Positions 43,471 to 52,340 of a DNA stretch of 64,000 nt are shown piece after piece. How positions within the stretch are numbered: position 1 is the first letter of the stretch; the number at the start of each line of letters is the position of its first letter. Under the pieces are notes generated by a model, which saw only the letters and a list, made by a program, of their open reading frames with translations, was not told the origin of the DNA and did not search any database. The position numbers and the translations under genes are program-made. The DNA is from a virus. The DNA lies in the IMG/VR virus record IMGVR_UViG_3300045988_132388; one strand, written 5' to 3'.

Positions 43471-43610
43471 ATAGTTCTTTTTATATATAAAAGGACTGTC
43501 GGCAATGTGTCTGTATCAGACATAAACGCCCCGAAGCCTTTAATCCTTAGCGAAATATAAGATACGTGATATATTATCACCCACACTGCCTTCAGTCCTC
43601 TTTTTTTAGT

Positions 43611-44039
43611 TTATAGATTTACGAAAGTATTGAGCTTATAGTATCTAACCTTGCAGTTGCAGATTCTCTTTATGTGAGCTACCAGCAATACAGTAAGCTC
43701 ACTGAAGGAGATAAACTGCTCGTTGATGCCGATAATTCGTACCGCCACCCTCCAGTAACATTTTCCATTGCGTCGGCGACAGGAATGTTCGTTGCTGATA
43801 ATCATATCCTGGACACTGCCGTTCATCACGTTAAAGATAAACTGACAAGCATCTCTTATCAACTCAAACGGCGCTTGAAAAAGTAATACCCGCTCGTCGT
43901 AATTGTCCCCACGCAAAGCCTCGGTATAGGCAATACGATGGATAAGAGCATAGGGCGAGGTACGTCCGTCCCGTTTTATATTTTCACGGTTAGGAGTGTA
44001 GGGCTTTGAGAAGATGTGACTATAGACCCGCTTTCCCAT
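43611..44039 (-). CDS. hypothetical protein
   Basis: 142-aa ORF starting 1 nt after the upstream stop. Confidence 0.6.
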   Translation of the reverse strand: MGKRVYSHIFSKPYTPNRENIKRDGRTSPYALIHRIAYTEALRGDNYDERVLLFQAPFELIRDACQFIFNVMNGSVQDMIISNEHSCRRRNGKCYWRVAVRIIGINEQFISFSELTVLLVAHIKRICNCKVRYYKLNTFVNL

Positions 44040-44040
44040 T

Positions 44041-44700
44041 TTATGCTTTTTCAGAAATGTTCAAACTGCTCAGATATTTCATTATTTGCCACGTTGAATA
44101 GATACTACGTTTGCAATCATAGACAGGATTGTGCGGCTCGCCAGGTCCGTCGTATTCATCAACCAACCTGCAAGCCCTGCTGCAATCAAACTCCCCACCT
44201 GCCTTGTCGCAGACAATTTTCGCACCTTCCATAAAGAATGTGCGGTGGTCGCGGAAATTCTTGTAGCTGACAGGACTCTCGATACCATATTTGCTGCATA
44301 TATTCTTTAATATGGCAATATCAAAATCAGAACCTTGTGACCACAACTTTACTTCTTTGGTAGAAGTTTCGTCTTGCACATACGCGATAAAACTAAAAAA
44401 ATCCTCTATGACGCTATCTATCGACTGTAGAGGTTTTTCGTCGTAATCCAACAATGACTTTTTTACATCATCGCCCTGTGTTGCCCACCATTCCGATGTC
44501 TTTCTATCAAAGGTTAGTCCATCAATAAATGATGATCGCAGGTCAACGTGACGATAAAAAAAGTAACCGTCGGAAAGACCGTCCGTAAAAGGATCGTCTT
44601 CCGCCGCGGCATTCCATGCCACAGCTCCGATGCTCATCACGGCAGCCGTGGGGCACAAGGCACAGGTTTCTAAGTCAAAGGTTATATTCAATTCACCCAT
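44041..44700 (-). CDS. DEDD-family 3'-5' exonuclease
   Basis: 219 aa. It has the Exo I motif ITFDLETCAL near the N-terminus, later acidic motifs (WSQGSDFDIAIL) and a C-terminal H..YD. Confidence 0.7.
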   Translation of the reverse strand: MGELNITFDLETCALCPTAAVMSIGAVAWNAAAEDDPFTDGLSDGYFFYRHVDLRSSFIDGLTFDRKTSEWWATQGDDVKKSLLDYDEKPLQSIDSVIEDFFSFIAYVQDETSTKEVKLWSQGSDFDIAILKNICSKYGIESPVSYKNFRDHRTFFMEGAKIVCDKAGGEFDCSRACRLVDEYDGPGEPHNPVYDCKRSIYSTWQIMKYLSSLNISEKA

Positions 44701-44715
44701 AAAATACTCTATTTT

Positions 44716-45186
44716 TTAATTAACAAATTCTTCGATAATGGCTTTCACGCCCTTTAATTCCCAAGGTTTCCAGTCATCCGCCTTGAAACGGGTACGGACT
44801 GTCATCTGGGAAGACATGCCCAGTTCCGACATCCTATCACAAAGAACCTTTCCCATCTTTAGGTTTGTGACAAGTTCGTAAAACTTTCTGTCGTTATATT
44901 CTGAAGAGAGTGCAAGCACAGCACCATATCCTCTGCTGCCTTCCTCTCCTTCCGGTATATTATCGGTATTACTCTTCTCTTTTACAAGAAAAGAGTCTTT
45001 TATATGCGACACTCCCATAATCTCCCACTTGCAGAATCCTTTGTTGAAGAACCTGTTATAGCAGGTTGATTTAGGCATGCCATACCCCTCAAACAAGACG
45101 TATAGCCTTTTTTTCTCTTCGGGGGTAAGTTCTGTAGCAGATAATATACCGCCGTCAAATATTTTCTTCCAAATATTCTTGGTCAT
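44716..45186 (-). CDS. hypothetical protein
   Basis: 156-aa ORF, divergent from the plus-strand HTH gene. Confidence 0.65.
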   Translation of the reverse strand: MTKNIWKKIFDGGILSATELTPEEKKRLYVLFEGYGMPKSTCYNRFFNKGFCKWEIMGVSHIKDSFLVKEKSNTDNIPEGEEGSRGYGAVLALSSEYNDRKFYELVTNLKMGKVLCDRMSELGMSSQMTVRTRFKADDWKPWELKGVKAIIEEFVN

Positions 45187-45201
45187 TCAAATGATAAATT
45201 T

Positions 45202-45209
45202 TATATTTG
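45202..45209 (+). promoter_or_regulatory. Bacteroidota-type -7 promoter box TATATTTG
   Basis: TAnnTTTG match about 100 nt upstream of the ATG at 45307, within the divergent intergenic region. Confidence 0.4.
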
Positions 45210-45306
45210 TATGCAAAGATAGCGCATATTACACGACTATCCAATAATATTACCATTTTTAACATAAAAAATTATTCGAATATCATACAATTTAAAATTT
45301 AACAAA

Positions 45307-45909
45307 ATGAAAGAGCATAACATCGTGTACAATTATGGGTTTCTCGCCGACTGGATGCAGGCTAACCCATCTATTAAGAGAAACGAGATTCTTCAAAGCA
45401 TGGAGATGAGTGACTACAACACCTTGCGCAACTGGGTGGATGGTATAACAATGCTCCCGCTTACACAGCTGATGAAATTCTGCAACCGCTTCAATATTCC
45501 CATTACTGCATTCTTTCTGGATGAGAAAGCCGACGACACATCAATCATAGCACCTATCACACCAAGCTCTATGATTGAACCTGCCAGAGGATGGCCCGAC
45601 TCCAACCGGAAGGCAGGTATCAAGGTGTGCGACCCACGCTCTAACGTCCACATGATTACGAACATGCCTGACTATATAAGAGAAAGGGACACTACGGATA
45701 TTTGCGAACAGACCTCAGATAATATTAGTAGTGTGCCAGAGAAAGAACGAATGCGTTACATTGATATAATAGAGAAGCTCAACGACCGGTTAATGGCTCT
45801 GTCCGAAGAGAATATCAAACTGAATAAACAGATAAACAAGATGAAAAAAGAAAGGAAGGGAAATATTTACGGCTACGGCATGGTTGCAGAAACCGACCCT
45901 CATATATAA
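45307..45909 (+). CDS. putative HTH regulator (repressor-position gene)
   Basis: 200 aa and the only plus-strand gene within about 34 kb of minus-strand genes. It has an N-terminal HTH-like segment (NEILQSMEMSDYNTLRNWVDG) and a C-terminal coiled coil. Confidence 0.5.
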   Translation: MKEHNIVYNYGFLADWMQANPSIKRNEILQSMEMSDYNTLRNWVDGITMLPLTQLMKFCNRFNIPITAFFLDEKADDTSIIAPITPSSMIEPARGWPDSNRKAGIKVCDPRSNVHMITNMPDYIRERDTTDICEQTSDNISSVPEKERMRYIDIIEKLNDRLMALSEENIKLNKQINKMKKERKGNIYGYGMVAETDPHI

Positions 45910-45914
45910 CAAAA

Positions 45915-45946
45915 GCATCCGCCTATCTTCGCAGACTGGCGGATGC
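45915..45946 (-). terminator. stem-loop terminator (minus sense)
   Basis: GCATCCGCC (45915-45923) pairs with GGCGGATGC (45938-45946). On the minus strand TTTTGTT follows. The position would stop read-through into the antisense of the HTH gene. Confidence 0.6.
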
Positions 45947-46006
45947 AACAAAAACAAAAAACTAAAAACGTCTTTTTAAATAAACCTATGATTAACTAAC
46001 TTAAAC

Positions 46007-46528
46007 CTATGTCTCGTTTATAGCCGCCATACGACGGTGGTAAAACTCCTTTTTTTCTATCGGAGTAACTGATATGTCTGCTGTCAGATACGGAACACTA
46101 ATGTACCAATATCCGTGATGTAGGAATACCATTGGTGTCTCATTGCCGAAAGAGAACGGCAAGGAAAGTCCGTCTTTATTCTTCTGTGGGATGAAATTCA
46201 GTATACCTATCAGTTCTGACTCGCTTACCACCGGCAATGAATACATTTCTTTTTCCAACTCGGAGCCTTCCTCTGGTAAAAAGAACGTGCGACCATCCGG
46301 TGTGGCTATCTTCTCCCATCCGTCTTTAATGACGGTATTGTCAAACTCCACGGCGCCTACTCCTCCTGCCATTCCTTCAGCAGACTCGTAATAGTGGCTT
46401 GCGCCTACTTTCTCTGCCCACTGTCGAGCGGTTTCTTCTGCTTCGGCGCAACGCTTCATAAATTCCTGTAGTTTCATGCCTACCTGACTTTCGCCGGATG
46501 TCTTGTAATAATAATGTGGCTTACTCAT
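46007..46528 (-). CDS. hypothetical protein
   Basis: 173-aa ORF. Confidence 0.65.
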   Translation of the reverse strand: MSKPHYYYKTSGESQVGMKLQEFMKRCAEAEETARQWAEKVGASHYYESAEGMAGGVGAVEFDNTVIKDGWEKIATPDGRTFFLPEEGSELEKEMYSLPVVSESELIGILNFIPQKNKDGLSLPFSFGNETPMVFLHHGYWYISVPYLTADISVTPIEKKEFYHRRMAAINET

Positions 46529-46590
46529 AATCTTATAGTAATTATTTATTAATGATTATTTATTAGGGATTAATTGCTGGTGATTAGTGG

Positions 46591-46884
46591 TTATCTCAGT
46601 CTGCAATAGATGACGGGTTCGCCGCATTCATCATTCCGCATTTTAAAGCCTCGCAACTCCAATTCTTTGAGATACAATGCTAACGGATCACCCAGGGGAC
46701 AAACTACAGCCTTGAAGTATGTACGCAACTGATAGTCGGTATACATATCGCAATCCTCCGTCCAATGATCCTGCGGCTTGTACCGTTCACAGAACGCCTG
46801 TATCTTGGATGGTATAACGAAGTCCTGAAGTGTTACTTCCGGCTGCACGGAAATTGCTATTTCATCCTTTTTCTTTTGTCCCAT
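46591..46884 (-). CDS. hypothetical protein
   Basis: 97-aa ORF. Confidence 0.6.
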   Translation of the reverse strand: MGQKKKDEIAISVQPEVTLQDFVIPSKIQAFCERYKPQDHWTEDCDMYTDYQLRTYFKAVVCPLGDPLALYLKELELRGFKMRNDECGEPVIYCRLR

Positions 46885-46889
46885 AACAG

Positions 46890-47480
46890 TTACTCGTTTT
46901 TATGTTTCCTTGCGTCAGACCAAGCTATAAAGGCAACGATTGCCGTCACAAACAGGAAAAAGAGTGTTCTTAGCCACCACGGTACAACAGTTTCGTTCTT
47001 CGTGCTCTTCTCTTTCACTATATTCGTACTATCATTCTGCATCCAATGTGTCCAATAGGAATCGAAATAATGGTTTGCAACGCTATCCATGTAGTTTAGA
47101 AGTAATGCTGTCTGTTCCTCCTTGTGTCGCTGCAGCATCTGTGTGTCTGCCTGTTTGCTAAAGCTATTCTTGCGCTTAATGGTTCTGTCGGTTGTCGTGG
47201 TCTTGTTGCCGAACGAATCCTGACTTTCAACGATACGCTCGGTAATGGTTTCCTCGTAATCGCCGTTCTCCATTGTGGAGGTGAAAACGTGAGAGCTGTC
47301 TGACACTGCACCCGACACTACATTTAAATCCTTTCTGACTGAGGCTGTAGTGTCATACGCAGCAACCGTCACGCTATCTCTTACCTTTTTCGATATACCG
47401 ACCGCAGCCTTTTGTGAGGTGGCACATGCCGACAATAGCGTAAATGCTATCAATACCCATATAACTTTATAAATCTTCAT
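46890..47480 (-). CDS. lipoprotein with a C-terminal TM anchor
   Basis: 196 aa. It has a lipobox signal peptide (MKIYKVIWVLIAFTLLSAC) and a C-terminal hydrophobic helix (TLFFLFVTAIVAFIAW). Confidence 0.7.
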   Translation of the reverse strand: MKIYKVIWVLIAFTLLSACATSQKAAVGISKKVRDSVTVAAYDTTASVRKDLNVVSGAVSDSSHVFTSTMENGDYEETITERIVESQDSFGNKTTTTDRTIKRKNSFSKQADTQMLQRHKEEQTALLLNYMDSVANHYFDSYWTHWMQNDSTNIVKEKSTKNETVVPWWLRTLFFLFVTAIVAFIAWSDARKHKNE

Positions 47481-47546
47481 TGCCGTTATTTTTTATTTCC
47501 GTTACAAAGGTACGTAAAACTAAAATAACGAACAGGACATGCTAAA

Positions 47547-47580
47547 ACACCGCCCTACCCTATCCAAGGTAAGACGGTGT
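47547..47580 (-). terminator. stem-loop terminator after rep
   Basis: ACACCG (47547-47552) pairs with CGGTGT (47575-47580). On the minus sense TTTT follows. Confidence 0.5.
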
Positions 47581-47595
47581 GTAAAAAAATATGTA

Positions 47596-49191
47596 TTACT
47601 TGATTTTTCTATATTGCAATACAATTTTTTTTCGCTTGTCGTTCTTGAAACAATGTCCAAGAAGCTGACTTAACTTATTGAAAGAAATGTCATCTTTTAT
47701 GGCATTCTCCATACCTTCTATCTGCTCCTGTGTAACAACAAGCTGAACGGTGTTGCCATCGTATTGATCAAACGTCATCTTTCTCAACAAGCCTGACAAT
47801 TCACAACCCAACCACTCGCCTGTTTCGCCATCAAGCATGGCGATAAGCTGCTGCCATTCCTTTTCGCCCGGCTTAGGCTTTACATCTTCGGTACCAGCAA
47901 ACAGGAGGAGTTGCTGCTGCACCTCGGTTTTCTTACTATGCTGCTTTATCCATTGCTCCATAATATAAAAGATAAAGTTCTCTGTCGTGCCACTCCAACT
48001 GTGCGGCTGCTCCACCGCCTTTGGCACACCATTATAGGCATACGTCTTAAAATCGCTCCAGAGGTCTTCGGGAACATCGGCAACAAATGCTTTGAGCTGT
48101 TCTTTGTCGAGTGTGGGGTATAGCGACATCAACTTGGCGCATAAACGCTTTTCTGACGAACCGCGATGCAGCTCTATTTCTCGCGCTACGCCCAACGGTG
48201 TGCGCTTGATGTGAAACTTTATCTTCTCAGGATTGCCTCGTTTTGCACTGCCTCTATAAATCGGTTCGTAGCCTTTTTTGTCAGGATCGGTACATGCCAG
48301 CATTATCTCAATCTTGTTTTCCTCACAGAGTCGCTCCATGTCACCACGTGCTACGTCCAACACCTGTTTGCGAAACTGCGAGAACTTCTGATACTTCTCA
48401 GTAGTCACAACTTTTGCGGGCTGCATATCGTCACCTTTCTCAACATCAACTTTGAACATCCCCAATGCTTCCTTCAGTTCGCGATAATCAATAGAAGGGT
48501 GCATCTGGCCCTTGCTCGCATATTTCATCAGAAGAAGGTAAAGACGTGACGTATAAGCCGAATTGCAGAAGTAAGCTATACGTTCAAGATGGTTGAAATA
48601 TCCGTCTGCCATATCAAACACGGCTTTTGCCACCTCTATATTAATTGTTACCTCAATATACCCGTCACGACGAAACTTGCGCACTTCCAGTCCGTCCTCG
48701 TCTATCTTTGTATCGCCGTCTCTGGAATAGTTGAAGTCTCCTCCTTCTCGCGACGTGAAGTTTTTCGGAATAAATATCTTACTGAAGATAGGCATATAGT
48801 CCTCACCTTTTCTAAGTCCTGTCTCCGGATCGAAACGCGGCAGGTGAAACTCTATCTTCTTCATCTGGTTTATCACCTTTACCGATTCGTCATAATGGCT
48901 GCTGTCTATACCAAAATCAGCCAGGCGCAGACGTATGGGTCCCATCTTCAACAGGTCTTCTTTCGTGATTCCTCCGTTAGGACGTTCTTTGCTTAGATAT
49001 CGGTGTTCGTTCAAGAACTTGGCGAAATGGTCTTGCAGTCGTCCGCTTACCAGCAACATAACGTCCTGTTGTATGAGAGAATAACTTTTAGCGTATGACG
49101 CATAGTTGACAGGTGTGTTTATCCAACGCAATTCGTTCAGGGCTATTTGAAGTTTGCCTTCTTTGTCTTCTTTTTTTGCTTTCTTTGCCAT
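47596..49191 (-). CDS. rep: plasmid-type replication initiator protein
   Basis: 531 aa. The gene abuts the iteron array: its start is 3 nt from the first iteron. The N-terminal region resembles Rep_3/RepB-type initiators, but the family call is tentative. Confidence 0.6.
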   Translation of the reverse strand: MAKKAKKEDKEGKLQIALNELRWINTPVNYASYAKSYSLIQQDVMLLVSGRLQDHFAKFLNEHRYLSKERPNGGITKEDLLKMGPIRLRLADFGIDSSHYDESVKVINQMKKIEFHLPRFDPETGLRKGEDYMPIFSKIFIPKNFTSREGGDFNYSRDGDTKIDEDGLEVRKFRRDGYIEVTINIEVAKAVFDMADGYFNHLERIAYFCNSAYTSRLYLLLMKYASKGQMHPSIDYRELKEALGMFKVDVEKGDDMQPAKVVTTEKYQKFSQFRKQVLDVARGDMERLCEENKIEIMLACTDPDKKGYEPIYRGSAKRGNPEKIKFHIKRTPLGVAREIELHRGSSEKRLCAKLMSLYPTLDKEQLKAFVADVPEDLWSDFKTYAYNGVPKAVEQPHSWSGTTENFIFYIMEQWIKQHSKKTEVQQQLLLFAGTEDVKPKPGEKEWQQLIAMLDGETGEWLGCELSGLLRKMTFDQYDGNTVQLVVTQEQIEGMENAIKDDISFNKLSQLLGHCFKNDKRKKIVLQYRKIK

Positions 49192-49193
49192 AT

Positions 49194-49526
49194 CTACGGA
49201 TTTGTTTACTTAAACCTACGTTTTTATGTACCAAAACCTACGGATTTGTTTACTTAAACCTACGGATTTGTTTACTTCGTATGCTCTAACTCGTTGATTT
49301 TCAACTCCTCCAAATCTCCTTAATATAATTATAATATAAACTATTATTTTATTCCTTTTGAAAACGAATAAATCCATATCTTATAATTATATTATATTAA
49401 GAGGTTTTGGACATATTGATTATCAGTTAGTTATCTACGGCGAGGTAAACAAAAACGTAGGTTTTGGTAAACAAATCCGTAGGTTTAAGTAAACAAATCC
49501 GTAGGTTTTGGTAAACAAATCCGTAG
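49194..49526. repeat. iteron-type replication origin
   Basis: Four direct CTACGGATTTGTTTAC-type iterons start at 49194, 49216, 49238 and 49260. Four inverted copies start at 49445, 49467, 49489 and 49511. All are at 22-bp spacing and flank an AT-rich core with imperfect inverted repeats (49316-49404). Confidence 0.8.
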
Positions 49527-49592
49527 GTATTATAAGCCAAAAACAGCACACCTTTGTAGTGACTTGGTAAAAAACTTTAGTAGGATTTTACC

Positions 49593-50030
49593 TTACTTGT
49601 TTCTATCCAAGAACTCTATCACAGCCTGTAGCGCCAAATCCTTGATAGGTATACCCGTGCGCATTTTCATCAGGGCAATGCGCTCGTAATACTCCATAGG
49701 CACGTAAATAGTAATACCGTTCTCGGTCTTTCTGCCCTTCGGCTTGCGCATGTTCACAGCAATATCGTTACTAAACGATGTTGTTGCCGGCTGATCTGCT
49801 ACATTTGTCGGTATCTCTGTCTCAGTTGTTGTAGGAGCAGTCGGCTTGTCTGTACCCAGAGTGTCTGAGGATGGCGCTGGGGCGGTACCCGCCGCTTCCC
49901 TACTCTCCTTTTTCTCTCTGTTCTCCTTACGCTGTTGTCTTCCCGTCTCCAGTATGCGCTCGTTTTCGTCTATTGCGTCCGAATTCTCCAAATCGAAAGG
50001 TAAAACTCGCTTTTTCATTTCTCTTGCCAT
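49593..50030 (-). CDS. ribbon-helix-helix partition/centromere-binding protein (ParG-like)
   Basis: 145 aa. A disordered N-terminus is followed by a C-terminal RHH pattern (ITIYVPMEYYERIALMKMRTGIPIKDLALQAVIEFLDR). The gene is directly downstream of parA. Confidence 0.6.
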   Translation of the reverse strand: MAREMKKRVLPFDLENSDAIDENERILETGRQQRKENREKKESREAAGTAPAPSSDTLGTDKPTAPTTTETEIPTNVADQPATTSFSNDIAVNMRKPKGRKTENGITIYVPMEYYERIALMKMRTGIPIKDLALQAVIEFLDRNK

Positions 50031-50045
50031 ACCTTATATAATATA

Positions 50046-50921
50046 TTAAAACGTGAAACTGTTGATTATTTCCTTAGTAAAACGCTCATAGTCCTGCCCC
50101 ACCCTACAATATGGTGCATAAGAAAAAATATCCTCACGCATAGCCTGAGCTTCCACCATCTTCGTATCGCGACGTGTGTAAGCGTCAAACATATAGTCCT
50201 GGTACTTCTCACCCAGGTATGCTTTAAACTCCTTTGTGGCGTTCGTCTGGTCGTTACTCATAACCATCAGCAAGCCACGAATATCAAGGTCAGGATTCAA
50301 ATCCTCGCGCGTCTCCTCGATGGCATTGATAATCTCGGCAATACCTTTTGTCGCCAATACTTCGAGCTGCACGGGCAATACCACGCTTGTGGCTGCTGTC
50401 AGTGCGTTGTACGTGAGCAACGACATGGCAGGGGGACAGTCTATCAGCACGTAGTCGAAAGCTTCCGTAACGGTCGTTACGCCCTCGTCTGCCAGTTCTG
50501 TACCGCTCAACTCGTTCAGTGGTTTTGTGAGCAACTTATAAAGTGCCTTGCGGGGCATGGCTCTCTGGTTTAGGAAGGGTTCGATGGATATAAGTTGTGA
50601 AGCTGCCGGAGCGAGATAGATGCCATCGCGTACCTGATAGATGGGCAGATTGCTCTGCTGTACCAATGCGTCGTAGACGGTAGGCTTGCCAACGTTCTGA
50701 GTCTCGCTCCATCCGAAGAGGAACGATGCACATGCCTGGGGATCGAGGTCTATGATGAGCACACGCGGTAAACGCTTGTGTCCGTCGGCATCCGTGCCAA
50801 ATTTTCCCTTACCAAAGATGCGCAGTCCTGCTGCCAAGCTCTGTACTGTTGTTGTCTTACCTACTCCCCCCTTATGGTTTACGAAGGCAAGAACTTCTCT
50901 TAGTCTTTCCATATTCTTCAA
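50046..50921 (-). CDS. parA: ParA-family partition ATPase
   Basis: 291 aa with the deviant Walker A motif VNHKGGVGKTTT. VLIDCPP and other ParA/Soj-type motifs are also present. Confidence 0.9.
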   Translation of the reverse strand: MKNMERLREVLAFVNHKGGVGKTTTVQSLAAGLRIFGKGKFGTDADGHKRLPRVLIIDLDPQACASFLFGWSETQNVGKPTVYDALVQQSNLPIYQVRDGIYLAPAASQLISIEPFLNQRAMPRKALYKLLTKPLNELSGTELADEGVTTVTEAFDYVLIDCPPAMSLLTYNALTAATSVVLPVQLEVLATKGIAEIINAIEETREDLNPDLDIRGLLMVMSNDQTNATKEFKAYLGEKYQDYMFDAYTRRDTKMVEAQAMREDIFSYAPYCRVGQDYERFTKEIINSFTF

Positions 50922-51028
50922 GTTTTAAAATGTTTATATTGTCTATTCCAGTCTTCAGAAACACTATGCTTTCTGTAAGACGTTACAAATTTAAGAATTA
51001 TAATCCACATTCGCAAACATTCACGCAC

Positions 51029-51200
51029 ATTTATTTGTTTATTTGTTGATTTCTTCCTTTATTTGTGACTTTATTTGTTGATTTCTTTGTTTGTTAATGT
51101 ATGAATTTATGTGTTTGTGGATTTGTGTATTTATGTATGGATGTATTTGTGTCTATCCATAAATACACAAATGTGGTTTTATGGTTTTGTGGAAATGTGG
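51029..51200. repeat. TTATTTGT / ATTTGTG repeat field upstream of parA (candidate centromere/operator)
   Basis: TTATTTGTTGATTTCTT occurs twice (51040 and 51071), among many ATTTGT(G/T) repeats. A 14-bp inverted repeat pairs ATTTGTGTATTTAT (51121-51134) with ATAAATACACAAAT (51159-51172). Confidence 0.5.
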
Positions 51201-51227
51201 AAACACACAAAAACATTGTGCTCATTA

Positions 51228-51922
51228 TCAGTCCCATTCATCATTTACAGTAATATCCACGCCTTCCTTTTCTCTTATACGTTCCGACCGAAGGGGCAGG
51301 ACGCAATACTTCGTCTTCATTCCGGCGCGCGTCACGGTGGAGTGAGGCGTGAAGGTATAGTATTCGCCCGTGCCATACTGTGTGCCTCTTGCCTTGGCAT
51401 CTGCATCCGCAGGAGTATCGTAGCACAATATGCGCTGCTTGCTATACCAGTAGCCTTCGGGCAAGTCGGCATACTTCAACACCTGCGCAGCCTCCAATCT
51501 CGTAGGCAGTCTGTAGCGAGAGTCGGTAATCAGCACCGATGGGGTGGGGCAGTCTTCTACAGGCGTGAGCACGTTCGCCGTTACCGTCCATGGTGCTGAC
51601 GTAGCATCGAGTAGGGTAGGGTTGTCGCTCCTTGTTGCCACCACCTTCAGCACGTGCTCACCATAGTCGAGCGTCAGGTCAGGCTCGGCAAAGTCCGTTG
51701 CCGTGCTCGTCTGATGGAGCACCTGCAGCAGCTTACCCGTCGCCTTGTCGTAGTCCATGACATAGAGGTCTGTCAGCATGCTGCCGTTAGCAGAAAGTGC
51801 GGCACGGGTGCCTTGCCTGTCGGTTGTCCGCTCTCTACTAAATCTTCGTTGTCACCGTTGCATGATACAATCGTCATGCCTGCGGCTGCAATGGCAGCAA
51901 TCATCATCAAATTAGATTTCAT
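51228..51922 (-). pseudogene. lipoprotein gene split by a frame change (signal-peptide ORF 51773-51922 plus 183-aa body 51228-51779)
   Basis: The hand-translated upstream ORF is MKSNLMMIAAIAAAGMTIVSCNGDNEDLVESGQPTGK..., with a lipobox. It overlaps the start of the 183-aa ORF. The body frame is open back to about 51852, so a single indel would fuse the two. Confidence 0.45.
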
Positions 51923-52042
51923 AATCTTTAGATTTTAGTTAGTAAATTGATTTTGAAGCCAACAGAAAACACAAAATCCACAGAATATTTTAATAGACAA
52001 ATTCCGTTCATTCCGTACCTTCTGTTGGCTTATAACAGTGGC

Positions 52043-52273
52043 TTACCCTACAAGCGAACGGACAAGGTTTGATCCCTTCTCTGTCAGCTCATACACATCC
52101 TCATTGAACATTCGCTGATACCACTTTGTAAGATAACCTGCTTCAACAAGCTCCTCCAGCTCGGGGCACGCTGCCGTTCCGTCGCTTCTACGATGATACC
52201 CTGCGAAGCCTTTGTTCCGGATATGCTTCATTTCCATAATCTGCTCACTTGAAAATTTCTCTGTTTCTGCCAT
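52043..52273 (-). CDS. hypothetical protein
   Basis: 76-aa ORF. Confidence 0.55.
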   Translation of the reverse strand: MAETEKFSSEQIMEMKHIRNKGFAGYHRRSDGTAACPELEELVEAGYLTKWYQRMFNEDVYELTEKGSNLVRSLVG

Positions 52274-52340
52274 AATTATATAAAGTTAAAGTTTAAAATG
52301 TTATATTATGTCTATAAAAGAGGCAGTCCTTATAGTTGTT

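Noticed and set aside
49194-49526. CRISPR array
   Set aside because: The 22-bp units are contiguous with no unique spacers. They occur in two inverted sets around an AT-rich core, abut a rep gene, and no cas genes are present. This is an iteron origin.
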